Source: Candidatus Micrarchaeota archaeon
GTDB lineage: Archaea; Micrarchaeota; Micrarchaeia; Micrarchaeales; CABMGC01
Reading direction: 5' to 3'
DNA: 55,067 nucleotides
NCBI GenBank assembly: GCA_021804095.1
Contig: JAJZKQ010000002.1
Span: forward strand, 1 to 55,067
Positions 9,727 to 18,084 of this stretch are shown piece after piece. Each line of letters opens with the position of its first letter. Positions within the stretch are counted from its first letter, which is position 1. The notes beneath the pieces are model-generated. The model was not told where the DNA came from. It was given only the letters and a program-made list of their open reading frames with translations, and did no database searches. The position numbers and the translations under genes are program-made.

Positions 9727-10674
9727 ATGTCAAGCCGCAAAAGTATAAAATTAACAAGGAAGCTTTTTTTAGACGAGCTAAGGGATTACCATCTATATAA
9801 AAAACTTGCAGAATACGAAAAAGACAAAACTTTGAAGTCTGTACTTGAAAATCTTATTAAAACAGAAAAGAAGCATATGGATCTTTGGGGGAGAAGTGCT
9901 AAAATAGAAAAACCATACAAGGAAATACCTTCCGGCATCTCCCTGTTTAAACTCTATCTATATTTAAGTGCAAGAAGAATACTCGGGCTTCCATTTACAC
10001 TGACTCTCCTGAGCAGGAACGAATTAAGTAACCTTAATCGATATGAACGTCTTACAAAAGCCACGGGAATTTCAGGAAAAGACAGGGACCGTTTTCTTTC
10101 AGTCATATCAGACGAAAGGAAAAATGCAGTCAAAATAAGGTCGATTCTTGACAAGTACGGGGGAAACCTGAGCAATATACGTTCAATAATGCTGGGTTTG
10201 AATGATGGTCTTGTTGAGGTTCTTGCCGCTGTTTCCGGAATAGCTGTTATAGCAAACTCCCCACTGGTAGTTGCCCTCTCGGGAATGATAATAGGCATTT
10301 CAGGCACCCTCTCGATGGCAGGAGGAGTATATATCTCATCCAAATCGCATGGGCTCATCTCCTCGGAGGAAACAGACTCCGCTTCCTATGCAACACCCAA
10401 CAAGCAGGCATTATATACTGGCGTATTCTATCTCGGCGGTGCGATAAGTGTTGTGCTTCCATTTATTTTAGGAATGTCAGGATTTGAAGGAATAGCAGCA
10501 TCACTTATCATATCATCCGCCATACTCGTTTTTGCTTCAACTGCAGTTGCAATATTAAGCAGCACAAGCATAACAAAGCGCATATCCGAAACAATACTCA
10601 TATCATTAGGCGCAGTTGCAATAACTGTGGCCCTAGGCTCATTGATGAGATTCTATTTTGGTATAAGCATATAA
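9727..10674 (+). CDS. VIT1/CCC1-family iron/manganese transporter with an N-terminal ferritin-like domain
   Basis: The N-terminal helical region (YHLYKKLAEYEKDKTLKSVLENLIKTEKKHMDLW) resembles the rubrerythrin/ferritin-like part of CCC1 proteins. The membrane domain carries SIMLGLNDGLVEVLAAVSGIA, typical of the VIT family. Confidence 0.7.
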   Translation: MSSRKSIKLTRKLFLDELRDYHLYKKLAEYEKDKTLKSVLENLIKTEKKHMDLWGRSAKIEKPYKEIPSGISLFKLYLYLSARRILGLPFTLTLLSRNELSNLNRYERLTKATGISGKDRDRFLSVISDERKNAVKIRSILDKYGGNLSNIRSIMLGLNDGLVEVLAAVSGIAVIANSPLVVALSGMIIGISGTLSMAGGVYISSKSHGLISSEETDSASYATPNKQALYTGVFYLGGAISVVLPFILGMSGFEGIAASLIISSAILVFASTAVAILSSTSITKRISETILISLGAVAITVALGSLMRFYFGISI

Positions 10675-10839
10675 AGCATACTTGCCATGAAACGTGCCTC
10701 AAATGTGCAGTATGGAATCTTCCTATTTGGAGTTCTAAAGTTGTCCAAATCCTGAAAAACACCAAATTCAACTCTTCTGTAAGATTTATATACATTAACA
10801 GCCTCTTTATACTTAAATAATTACCTAGTAGAGGATGTT

Positions 10840-11244
10840 GTGAGCGAAGAATTTTCGTATGTCTCAATGAAAGAGATAAAGACTGGAAGGTTTATACTGA
10901 TTGATGGGATACCGTGCAAGGTAGTGGAGATAGAGACATCTGCTCCAGGAAAGCATGGTTCGGCTAAGATGCGAGTTACAGCTGTCGGAATTTTTGAAGG
11001 AGGAAAAAAGACTCTTCTGAAACCTAGTGATGCCGATGCTGAAGTTCCTATAATAAACAAAAAGAAAGCACAGGTAGTCTCAGTATCAGGCGAGACCTCG
11101 CAGATGATGGATTCGGATACATATGAATCCTTTGAGATAAAAGTACCTGACGAATTCAAGAGTTCAATAAAGCCCGGAGCAGAAGTCGAGCTTCTTGTTT
11201 ACGGAGAAAAAAAGACAATATCGAGAGTGCTTAACAGCGCGTGA
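10840..11244 (+). CDS. eif5a: Translation initiation factor 5A (aIF5A)
   Basis: It carries the hypusine-site signature SAPGKHGSAKMRV and overall aIF5A architecture (N-terminal SH3-like barrel plus OB domain). The start is GTG in the track. Confidence 0.95.
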   Translation: MSEEFSYVSMKEIKTGRFILIDGIPCKVVEIETSAPGKHGSAKMRVTAVGIFEGGKKTLLKPSDADAEVPIINKKKAQVVSVSGETSQMMDSDTYESFEIKVPDEFKSSIKPGAEVELLVYGEKKTISRVLNSA

Positions 11245-11249
11245 TTAAT

Positions 11250-11630
11250 ATGGAAATAAAAGTAACTAACCAAACAGAGAACAAACTTTTTGACAGAAAA
11301 GAAATATACCTAGATGTATCCTATAAAGGAAATGCCACTCCTTCAAAAGAGGCAATGAGCCAAGAGATATGCAAAAAACTGAGTCTAAACCCGGCTCTCA
11401 CTGTGGTTACTAGAATAATGCAGGCATTCGGAAACAATTCAAGTGAGGTTCTAGTGTATTCTTACATGAAGAAAGAGACCATGGCACATATAGAGCGCAT
11501 CCAGGATAAAAAAGAAGAAAAGCAGGCAGGCAATAATGCAAATCCAGGAAATACAGCAGAAAAGCAAGACAAAGGAAAGGCAGAGACAGCTGGGAAAGAA
11601 GCAAAAAAGGAAGATAAAGAGCAGGTGTAA
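11250..11630 (+). CDS. rps24e: Ribosomal protein S24e with a K/E-rich C-terminal extension
   Basis: The sequence [36 protein letters not shown]...[21 protein letters not shown] fits the S24e pattern. I prefer the ATG at 11250 over the GTG at 11241 used in the track. The tail [10 protein letters not shown]...[11 protein letters not shown] is extra. Confidence 0.9.
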   Translation: MEIKVTNQTENKLFDRKEIYLDVSYKGNATPSKEAMSQEICKKLSLNPALTVVTRIMQAFGNNSSEVLVYSYMKKETMAHIERIQDKKEEKQAGNNANPGNTAEKQDKGKAETAGKEAKKEDKEQV

Positions 11631-11632
11631 TA

Positions 11633-11779
11633 ATGGCAAAAGAAACTAAAGGCAAAAAAATATCAGAATATAAAGATCCTGAAAAAATGTGCCCAAAATG
11701 CGGAGTGAGAATGGCAAACCATAAAAACAGGTTCTCTTGTGGAAAATGCGGTTATACTGAGATGAAGAAAGAGGACTGA
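11633..11779 (+). CDS. rps27ae: Ribosomal protein S27ae (zinc ribbon), 48 aa; not in the ORF track
   Basis: My hand translation gives [48 protein letters not shown]. It has the CPxCG...CGKCGYT zinc ribbon and sits immediately after S24e, the conserved S24e-S27ae gene pair. The length is 147 nt, in frame, with a TGA stop at 11777-11779. Confidence 0.9.
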   Translation: MAKETKGKKISEYKDPEKMCPKCGVRMANHKNRFSCGKCGYTEMKKED

Positions 11780-11909
11780 CAAAATCAAAACAAAACAGCA
11801 AAAAAACAGTAAAATACGAAAAAAGCCCTATGATATAAAACACGGCATAAAGAGCTCTGCCGTATTCCTGATAATCCTGCTCTTTCTATTTATTGCAGTA
11901 ACAATTGTA

Positions 11910-12488
11910 ATGAGCATATTTTACTCTCCTACGGCTTCAAATAATAGCCTCCTTTTCTTGGGAGATGCGATACTGGAGCTGATGTTTCCATTATCAGTTA
12001 TAATCTATTTCCGGCTCTACAAAAAAGCAGGAAGGGACGCGATAATAAGCAATCTCGGCATAGGCAAGAAAAACCTGAGCCTATACTTTCTGGCTTTAGG
12101 CTTGGTGCTTTTTTTCATAATAACTATAATAGGAATAGGGATAGGCCTAATAAGCAATATAACCGGCACGTCTATAAGCACAAATGTCTCTGTCGCATTT
12201 GCAGGAGCTCCACTCTGGTTTTACATATTCGCAGCGCTTGTCGCTCCGGTATGTGAAGAGATACTCTTCAGGGGCTTCATGGTGCCGAGAATAGGCATAC
12301 TGGCAAGCGCGGTCATCTTCGGGCTTCTTCATTTCTCGTACAACTCTACATTCGGAATAGAGATTATAGCCGCAATGATCTTCGGAATTCTAGCAGGATA
12401 TCTCTTCAAAAAAACCGGATCCCTTTATCCTTCCATACTTGCACACATACTTGTCAACACACTTGCAGTAGTCATGCTCCTAAAGTAA
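11910..12488 (+). CDS. CPBP-family (CAAX protease-like) intramembrane metalloprotease
   Basis: The motifs are EEILFRGF (EExxxR), FGLLHF and HILVNT, within a multi-TM protein. Confidence 0.8.
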   Translation: MSIFYSPTASNNSLLFLGDAILELMFPLSVIIYFRLYKKAGRDAIISNLGIGKKNLSLYFLALGLVLFFIITIIGIGIGLISNITGTSISTNVSVAFAGAPLWFYIFAALVAPVCEEILFRGFMVPRIGILASAVIFGLLHFSYNSTFGIEIIAAMIFGILAGYLFKKTGSLYPSILAHILVNTLAVVMLLK

Positions 12489-12552
12489 GAATTTTATAAG
12501 ACGAATCCTATAAGGCAATCCTGAATTAGAAAGAGACTCTGTCAAAATCCAT

Positions 12553-13266
12553 CTATCGTATCTGTCTATACTCTCTTCTGGGTTTTTTAAAGAAGGTATA
12601 TCTTGCCATATTGTTAACGTAAAATGCAAAGAATCCTGCAACTCCCCATGCGTTAATGCGCCTGACGCTTGTTTTAACCTCAGCGTTGTTTACAAACTTT
12701 ATCCTCCCTATCTTCTTAAGCCTTAAGGAAAGATCCCAATCCTCATATGTTATCATCTTGGGATTGAAGCCTCCGGCTTTTACAAATGCATCTTTTCTTA
12801 CTGCAAAGTTTGATCCCACTATGCAAGGTCTTGAGAGCAATACCGAAGCCTTGACAAAAATCATCGAAACAAAAAAATATCCCGCACTTACGTCGGCTCT
12901 GACTTTCTCTAGAGGAAACACAGGGCCGGTAGCAGCAACTACTTTCCCATTTGCAAATATCTTCCTATATATCTCAAGAAGATGGGGAGATGGCCATGTA
13001 TCAGCATCAAGAAAAAGAAGGAGCCTTCCTCTGGCAATTCTGGCCCCGCTATTCCTGGCTATTGCAGCCCCCGGTTTTTTCTGTACTATAACTTTGGCAT
13101 GCTTCTTCGCTATCTTCACTGTATTGTCTATGCTTCCCCCGTCTACCACTATTGTTTCGAAGTTCTTAAACGTCTGGGAAGTGAGGCCCTTTATTGCATG
13201 CCCTATGTATCTCTCTTCATTCAATGCCGGTATTATTACGCTTATCTCGGGGTTCATCCTTATCAA
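12553..13266 (-). CDS. Family 2 glycosyltransferase (dolichyl-phosphate sugar synthase-like)
   Basis: The motifs are SVIIPALNEERYIG, IVVDGGSIDNT and LLLFLDADT (DxD), typical of GT2 GT-A enzymes. Confidence 0.85.
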   Translation of the reverse strand: MIRMNPEISVIIPALNEERYIGHAIKGLTSQTFKNFETIVVDGGSIDNTVKIAKKHAKVIVQKKPGAAIARNSGARIARGRLLLFLDADTWPSPHLLEIYRKIFANGKVVAATGPVFPLEKVRADVSAGYFFVSMIFVKASVLLSRPCIVGSNFAVRKDAFVKAGGFNPKMITYEDWDLSLRLKKIGRIKFVNNAEVKTSVRRINAWGVAGFFAFYVNNMARYTFFKKPRREYRQIR

Positions 13267-13928
13267 TCATTTGATTTCATGCTCTCATATACTTCCGCAA
13301 CTCCCCTTGCAAGTATATATGCAACAAGGATTCCCACAAGCACATATCCTATTATTGCAGGATAACCTGCAATATACATAAGCACTAGGTAGGAAAAAGC
13401 AAGGAATTTTACTACATTTATTCCTCCTCTGGCTATATTCGAAGAGTACATGGCCTTGCCTATGCTTGTCTTCATTTTAGATGAAGTGCCTTTGGACGCC
13501 ATCAGAGCGTCTACAAACGAATGCCTTATGATGACTATTAAAAGTACGTATATAGGAAGCACATGGAGATAGGTAAAAACAATCCAAAAAGAGTATTCAA
13601 CAACCCTGTCTCCGGCAACGTCCATTCTTGCTCCATGAGGCGCATGTTTCTTGATGCTCTGCTTTACTGATGATACCTTCTCTTTCATCGATCTGTCTCC
13701 CATAGCTGCAGAAAGGTACTGAATAAAGCTGATCTTGCCATCACTCTCTTCATAGACTGCCATATATCCATCAAGGCCGTCAAGCGCTATGACCAACGCT
13801 ATCAGGAATATTATTACAGCAGGAACAAATTTTATCAGCACGAGATAGACTACGACCAAAGCCATAGCTGTTCTGACATATGTTGCCGCATCTGCAGATC
13901 TCATCAAACCTATTAGATATCGGAGCAA
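13263..13928 (-). CDS. CDP-alcohol phosphatidyltransferase family protein (archaeal lipid head-group synthase candidate)
   Basis: It is a multi-TM protein carrying LDGLDGYMA ... GARMDVAGDRVVE (DG-x2-A...G-x3-D-x3-D), with an unusual insertion of about 40 aa between the two halves of the motif. It overlaps the downstream GT2 gene by 4 nt. Confidence 0.6.
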   Translation of the reverse strand: MLRYLIGLMRSADAATYVRTAMALVVVYLVLIKFVPAVIIFLIALVIALDGLDGYMAVYEESDGKISFIQYLSAAMGDRSMKEKVSSVKQSIKKHAPHGARMDVAGDRVVEYSFWIVFTYLHVLPIYVLLIVIIRHSFVDALMASKGTSSKMKTSIGKAMYSSNIARGGINVVKFLAFSYLVLMYIAGYPAIIGYVLVGILVAYILARGVAEVYESMKSND

Positions 13929-14000
13929 ATATTTAAAGCAGTTCTTATAAGATAATAAGTATATAATAAATTCTTAATTTTACAAAAGTGGGTATCGAAT

Positions 14001-17000
14001 ATGCTTGAGATAAGTAAGAACGAGGAAAAAGTAATAGAGTACTGGAAGAGCAGGCAGATTCTGGAAAAGACAAGAGCGAAAAACAGGGGAGGCAAACCCT
14101 TTTATTTTCTTGACGGTCCTCCATTTGTGAGCGGAGACCTTCATCCTGCACAGATATGGACCAAGTCAATAAAGGATGCATCTATACGATACAGGAGATA
14201 CAGGGGATACGATGTCATAGACCGCGCAGGATATGATGTGCATGGCCTTCCAGTAGAGAATAAGCTGGAGAAAGAGTTAGGCATACAGTCGAAAAAAGAG
14301 ATAGAGCAGAAAATCGGCCTGGAAAAATTCATAAACAGCTGCAGGGAGTATGTTGAGAAGTATATAGGCAGAATGGATGCCGATTATGAGCGGTTCGGGA
14401 TCTCCTTAGACTTCAAGAATCCATATCTTCCTTACAAGAATGAGTACATAGAAACGGCATGGCAGATGTTCAAAAAAGCCAGCGAAAAAGGCTTTCTATA
14501 TGCGGGAAAACGCACACTTATCTACTGCCCGCATTGTGAGACTCCGCTATCCCAGGGGAGCATGGAGGTCGAATATAAGGAGACTGAAGACCCTTCAGTC
14601 TATGTTTCATTTAAGGTAAACATGAACAAGTCCAGGCCCGGAATCGAGTTGCCAAGAGAGAGCTACCTTCTCATATGGACAACTACTCCGTGGACTCTTC
14701 CTGCAAATGTAGCGATAGCAGTCAATCCAGAAAAACAGTACCTGCTAATCAATTCGGAAGGAAAGAACCTTATAATTGCAAAAGAGCGTTTAGACGATTT
14801 TTCAGCGGCAACAGGAAAAAGTGCAACAGTACTGATGGAATTCAAAGGCATCATGCTAAAAAACACCTACTATACAAGTCCCTTAGCTGAGAAGGTTCCA
14901 ACTCAGAAGAAATTGGAAAAATACCATAAAGTTATCTTTTCAGAGAGTCTAGTATCGATGGGAGAGGGAACCGGGTTGGTCCATATAGCCCCAGGAAACG
15001 GTATAGAGGACTTCTCATTAGGAAAGATAAATAAGCTTCCTATCTTCAGCCCCATAAATCCCGATGCAACATACAGCGATGAAGCAGGAGAATACAGGGG
15101 AATAAAGGTTCCTACGGATGGCAACAAAGCAGTTATAAGGGATCTCGAACAGTCTGGTGATCTTGCAGGCAAAAAATCCATAAGGCACAGCTACCCATAC
15201 TGCTGGAGATGCAGCTCGAAGCTCATATTCCTAGCTACTGACCAGTGGTTCATAAACATAAAGAAGATGAAGAAAAAGATGATAAAGCAGAACGAGAAGG
15301 TGAACTGGCACCCGCCCGAGGTAAAGGAGTGGCAGAAGGCAGTCCTAGAGAACTCGCCTGACTGGTGCATATCCAGACAGAGGTACTGGGGAGCGCCTAT
15401 GCCTATCTGGAAATGCCAGAAATGCGAAAGAAACACCATCATAGGCTCACTTGAAGAACTAAGGCAGAAGGCAGCAAACCCTTCAGAGCTTGAGATGCTG
15501 AAAGACCTGCATAGACCTTATATCGACAAAATAAAGCTCATCTGCGAATGCGGAGGCACCTCGGAGCGTATAAAAGACATCTTTGATGTCTGGTTCGACT
15601 CAGGAATAACCTTCAGGGCAAGCATGTCAGAGGAACAATTCGAGAAATTCTTCCCGGCTGACCTCATTGTAGAGTACATAGAGCAGATACGTGCATGGTT
15701 CCAATACTTGATGAAATGCGGCCTGATGACTTATGGCAGAATACCGTTTGAGAATGTAATAGTACATGGAATAATGTCAGGAACTGACGGAAGGAAGATG
15801 AGCAAGAGTTTCGGGAATTACAGGCCGCTTGGCGAGATAACCAAGATATTCGGAGCCGACGCGTTCCGTTTATGGAGCATAAACCATCCTCCAATACTAA
15901 ACAGGAATCTAAACGAGAATGAGATAAGGGAGAGCCAGAAGACAGTGATAATGCTTTACAATATCTCAAGCTTGTTGGATGAGTACCAGGCGTCCATGGG
16001 CTATGTCCCAAAGCCCGGAAAGAAGCCTTCGGTCAGAAATATGGACCAGATAGACAGGTGGATGCTCTCAAGAACAGAGACTCTCATTAAAGAATGCACC
16101 AAGTATCTCGACGAATTCGAGACATACAAGGCCGCGGACCTTATGAATCGTTTCATAGTAGAGGACTTCAGCAGGTTTTATCTGAAATCGGCAAAGAAAA
16201 GAATGAACAGCTACAGCAGGCAGAAGGCAAAGACAGTGGTTGATACTGTAAGCTATGTTCTTCACAGCATCCTTATTCCCGTATCGGTCATAATGCCTTT
16301 CCTTTCAGAGCACATATACATTGAGCGCTACAAAGAAAAGGAATCGATATTTCTCGAAAGATGGCCTTCATATTCTAAAAAGCTCATAGACGAAGGATTG
16401 GAAAGCGAGATGTCGTTAGCACAGGAAGTTGTGACTGCAATGCTTAATGCAAGAGAAAAGATAGGCATCAGGCTGAGGCAGCCGCTTGCAGAAGGCACTA
16501 TAGAGGTATCTGACAACAAGATAGCCGAATCGCTCGAAAGGCTTGCTTACATAATAGAGGATTATGTCAATCTCAGAAAAGTTCTGATAAAGATAGGGAA
16601 TTCGTCAAATAATGAGATACAGCCCCAATTCAAGAGTATAGGCCCAGATTTCAAAGAAAACGCAGGAATCATAGCAGAAGCCTTAAAATCAGCCAATGCC
16701 GAAGAAATAATAAAGGCTGTCAAAGCATCAGGAAGTTATGAGATTAAGACCTCCAGAGGAAATTTTGCAATAAGTGAGAGGCATTTCACTGTAGTTAAAA
16801 AGCTTCCAGCCGAAGACGCAATAGCATTCAGCCACGGTATAGTTTATCTTGACCCGACGATAGATGAAGAGCTTAAGAATGAAGCTGCGATAAGGACTTT
16901 TGAGAGAAAGATCCAGACTGAGAGGAAATCAATGCAGCTGAGAAAAAGCGAGAAGATAATCATAAGGATGAAGATTCCTGGAGAGTTGAGTGGAATAATA

Positions 17001-17132
17001 AAGAAAAACCTAAAGCGGATAATGTCCGACCTAAACGCTTTGGAAATTAAGGAATCCGAAGATCTTCCCAGCATGAAAGAGAGTGAGATCGAAGGCGAAA
17101 AGATCTATCTTGCAATAACAAAAAACGAATGA
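14001..17132 (+). CDS. ileS: Isoleucyl-tRNA synthetase
   Basis: It is 1043 aa with the CP1 editing block TTPWTLPANVAIAV and a KMSKS motif (GRKMSKSFGN). Zinc-binding Cys pairs are present (CPHCETP, CWRCSS, CQKCE). The HIGH position reads HPAQ (see findings). Confidence 0.95.
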   Translation: MLEISKNEEKVIEYWKSRQILEKTRAKNRGGKPFYFLDGPPFVSGDLHPAQIWTKSIKDASIRYRRYRGYDVIDRAGYDVHGLPVENKLEKELGIQSKKEIEQKIGLEKFINSCREYVEKYIGRMDADYERFGISLDFKNPYLPYKNEYIETAWQMFKKASEKGFLYAGKRTLIYCPHCETPLSQGSMEVEYKETEDPSVYVSFKVNMNKSRPGIELPRESYLLIWTTTPWTLPANVAIAVNPEKQYLLINSEGKNLIIAKERLDDFSAATGKSATVLMEFKGIMLKNTYYTSPLAEKVPTQKKLEKYHKVIFSESLVSMGEGTGLVHIAPGNGIEDFSLGKINKLPIFSPINPDATYSDEAGEYRGIKVPTDGNKAVIRDLEQSGDLAGKKSIRHSYPYCWRCSSKLIFLATDQWFINIKKMKKKMIKQNEKVNWHPPEVKEWQKAVLENSPDWCISRQRYWGAPMPIWKCQKCERNTIIGSLEELRQKAANPSELEMLKDLHRPYIDKIKLICECGGTSERIKDIFDVWFDSGITFRASMSEEQFEKFFPADLIVEYIEQIRAWFQYLMKCGLMTYGRIPFENVIVHGIMSGTDGRKMSKSFGNYRPLGEITKIFGADAFRLWSINHPPILNRNLNENEIRESQKTVIMLYNISSLLDEYQASMGYVPKPGKKPSVRNMDQIDRWMLSRTETLIKECTKYLDEFETYKAADLMNRFIVEDFSRFYLKSAKKRMNSYSRQKAKTVVDTVSYVLHSILIPVSVIMPFLSEHIYIERYKEKESIFLERWPSYSKKLIDEGLESEMSLAQEVVTAMLNAREKIGIRLRQPLAEGTIEVSDNKIAESLERLAYIIEDYVNLRKVLIKIGNSSNNEIQPQFKSIGPDFKENAGIIAEALKSANAEEIIKAVKASGSYEIKTSRGNFAISERHFTVVKKLPAEDAIAFSHGIVYLDPTIDEELKNEAAIRTFERKIQTERKSMQLRKSEKIIIRMKIPGELSGIIKKNLKRIMSDLNALEIKESEDLPSMKESEIEGEKIYLAITKNE

Positions 17133-17181
17133 TTAAAGTCTCACAGTCCTCCGATAAATGTTTCGAGGGCAGATATGCTAA

Positions 17182-17388
17182 TTAGCTTGCAGTCCTGTTC
17201 TTGAAGATTATATAGCTCTTATACCTTCCTCTCTTCTTGGTGCTTGACCAGCAATCCTTGCATATGTATGTGCGTTCCGTTGTGCTTACCTTCTTCTGAC
17301 TCTTAAGGCATTCATAGCCTATCTTCCTGTTACAATAATTGCATGTCACGCTTTTGACTATGTCCTTTTTGCATCTCTCGCATATCAT
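17182..17388 (-). CDS. Small zinc-ribbon protein (hypothetical)
   Basis: This 68-aa ORF has CxxC pairs: CERC...CNYC...C...CKDC. Confidence 0.45.
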   Translation of the reverse strand: MICERCKKDIVKSVTCNYCNRKIGYECLKSQKKVSTTERTYICKDCWSSTKKRGRYKSYIIFKNRTAS

Positions 17389-17439
17389 AATATCTACTGC
17401 TTAAATAGCAAAACAATTTATCACTAAAGTAATATAAAC

Positions 17440-17610
17440 CATGCGCAAAGGTCAGATACCGTGCGAACATGCCGCTGCAATCCGGATTCAGGTTAAAATA
17501 CCCTGATAATATCTAAAAACAGTTGTCAATCTTGAAGTTCGAAAAAATATTTTTAACGCCGTGAGCGGGAAATCCCACACCGTTCACGGGTGGGAGGACG
17601 TCACAATTAA
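17440..17610 (+). mobile_element. Decayed 3' end (coding tail plus right-end hairpin region) of an IS200/IS605-type tnpB element
   Basis: The plus-frame translation ...VVNLEVRKNIFNAVSGKSHTVHGWEDVT parallels the tails of the tnpB relics at 50.56-50.92 kb (EAHTVYGWEDVT and FNIVSGKSYMLYGG). KNIFNAV resembles the conserved NAAxNIL block of TnpB C-termini. No intact ORF remains. Confidence 0.5.
17574..17605. repeat. 32-nt repeat, inverted copy of 50562..50593 (31/32 identical)
   Basis: The sequence cccacaccgttcacgggtgggaggacgtcaca differs at a single position from the reverse complement of 50562..50593. Confidence 0.9.
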
Positions 17611-18075
17611 TCATTCGTTTCTAAGATCTTTGAGGAAACGCATCACCAAAGCACGTTGTACATCAGAATCCTGAATGCTTATGCAGGCATCCAGGAATCT
17701 CCTTGGGATAGGTGCCTTTGAATTGCTTATTGCAGCAACTATAACCTCTATGTTTTTTTCATTCTCAATCAGGAAGAGAAACCCATCTTCTCTCATATTA
17801 GGGTGGGAAACTATTGTCTTAGCGATTTCGGGATTCCTGTTCTCTTTGAGTATCTTCAACAAGACATCAGGAGGCGTATTGGGATTCAATGCAATCGCAA
17901 GTCTCATCTCAGGGATTTCCAAACTACCTCTAATATTTTCAACAACTTCCGTGGTAGCTATTCTTACAAGATCTTCGATAAATGCGGATCCTGCCTTAGG
18001 ATATACTTTATTTATGGTATCACGTATTCTACTGTCATGACGTGTTCCATTTTCATGTGCAATTTTTGTAGTCAT
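17611..18075 (-). CDS. LRV/HEAT-like helical repeat protein (hypothetical)
   Basis: LAIALNPNTPPDVLLKILKENRNPEIAKTIVSHPN resembles the NPNTPpevL...a.np repeat of leucine-rich-repeat-variant/HEAT-like proteins. It starts 9 nt after the stop of the upstream 386-aa gene, so it is probably co-transcribed. Confidence 0.45.
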   Translation of the reverse strand: MTTKIAHENGTRHDSRIRDTINKVYPKAGSAFIEDLVRIATTEVVENIRGSLEIPEMRLAIALNPNTPPDVLLKILKENRNPEIAKTIVSHPNMREDGFLFLIENEKNIEVIVAAISNSKAPIPRRFLDACISIQDSDVQRALVMRFLKDLRNE

Positions 18076-18084
18076 TTTATCAGC

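Noticed and set aside
12656-13381. 241-aa plus-strand ORF (and the nested 127-aa ORF at 12982..13365) overlapping the GT2 and CDP-alcohol phosphatidyltransferase genes
   Set aside because: It lies entirely antisense to two genes with strong family motifs. Its translation is low-complexity (Ser/Leu/Phe-rich) with no motif. This is a typical shadow ORF in a low-GC genome.
17574-17605. The 32-nt inverted repeat pair (with 50562..50593) interpreted as attL/attR of an integrated element, or as the complementary leaders of split tRNA halves
   Set aside because: The intervening 33 kb is core housekeeping DNA (ribosomal proteins, RFC, topA, leuS), so it is not an integrated element. The repeats are inverted, not direct. 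No tRNA half is adjacent to either copy. Translation shows both copies are the C-terminal tail of tnpB-derived sequence, which explains them better.
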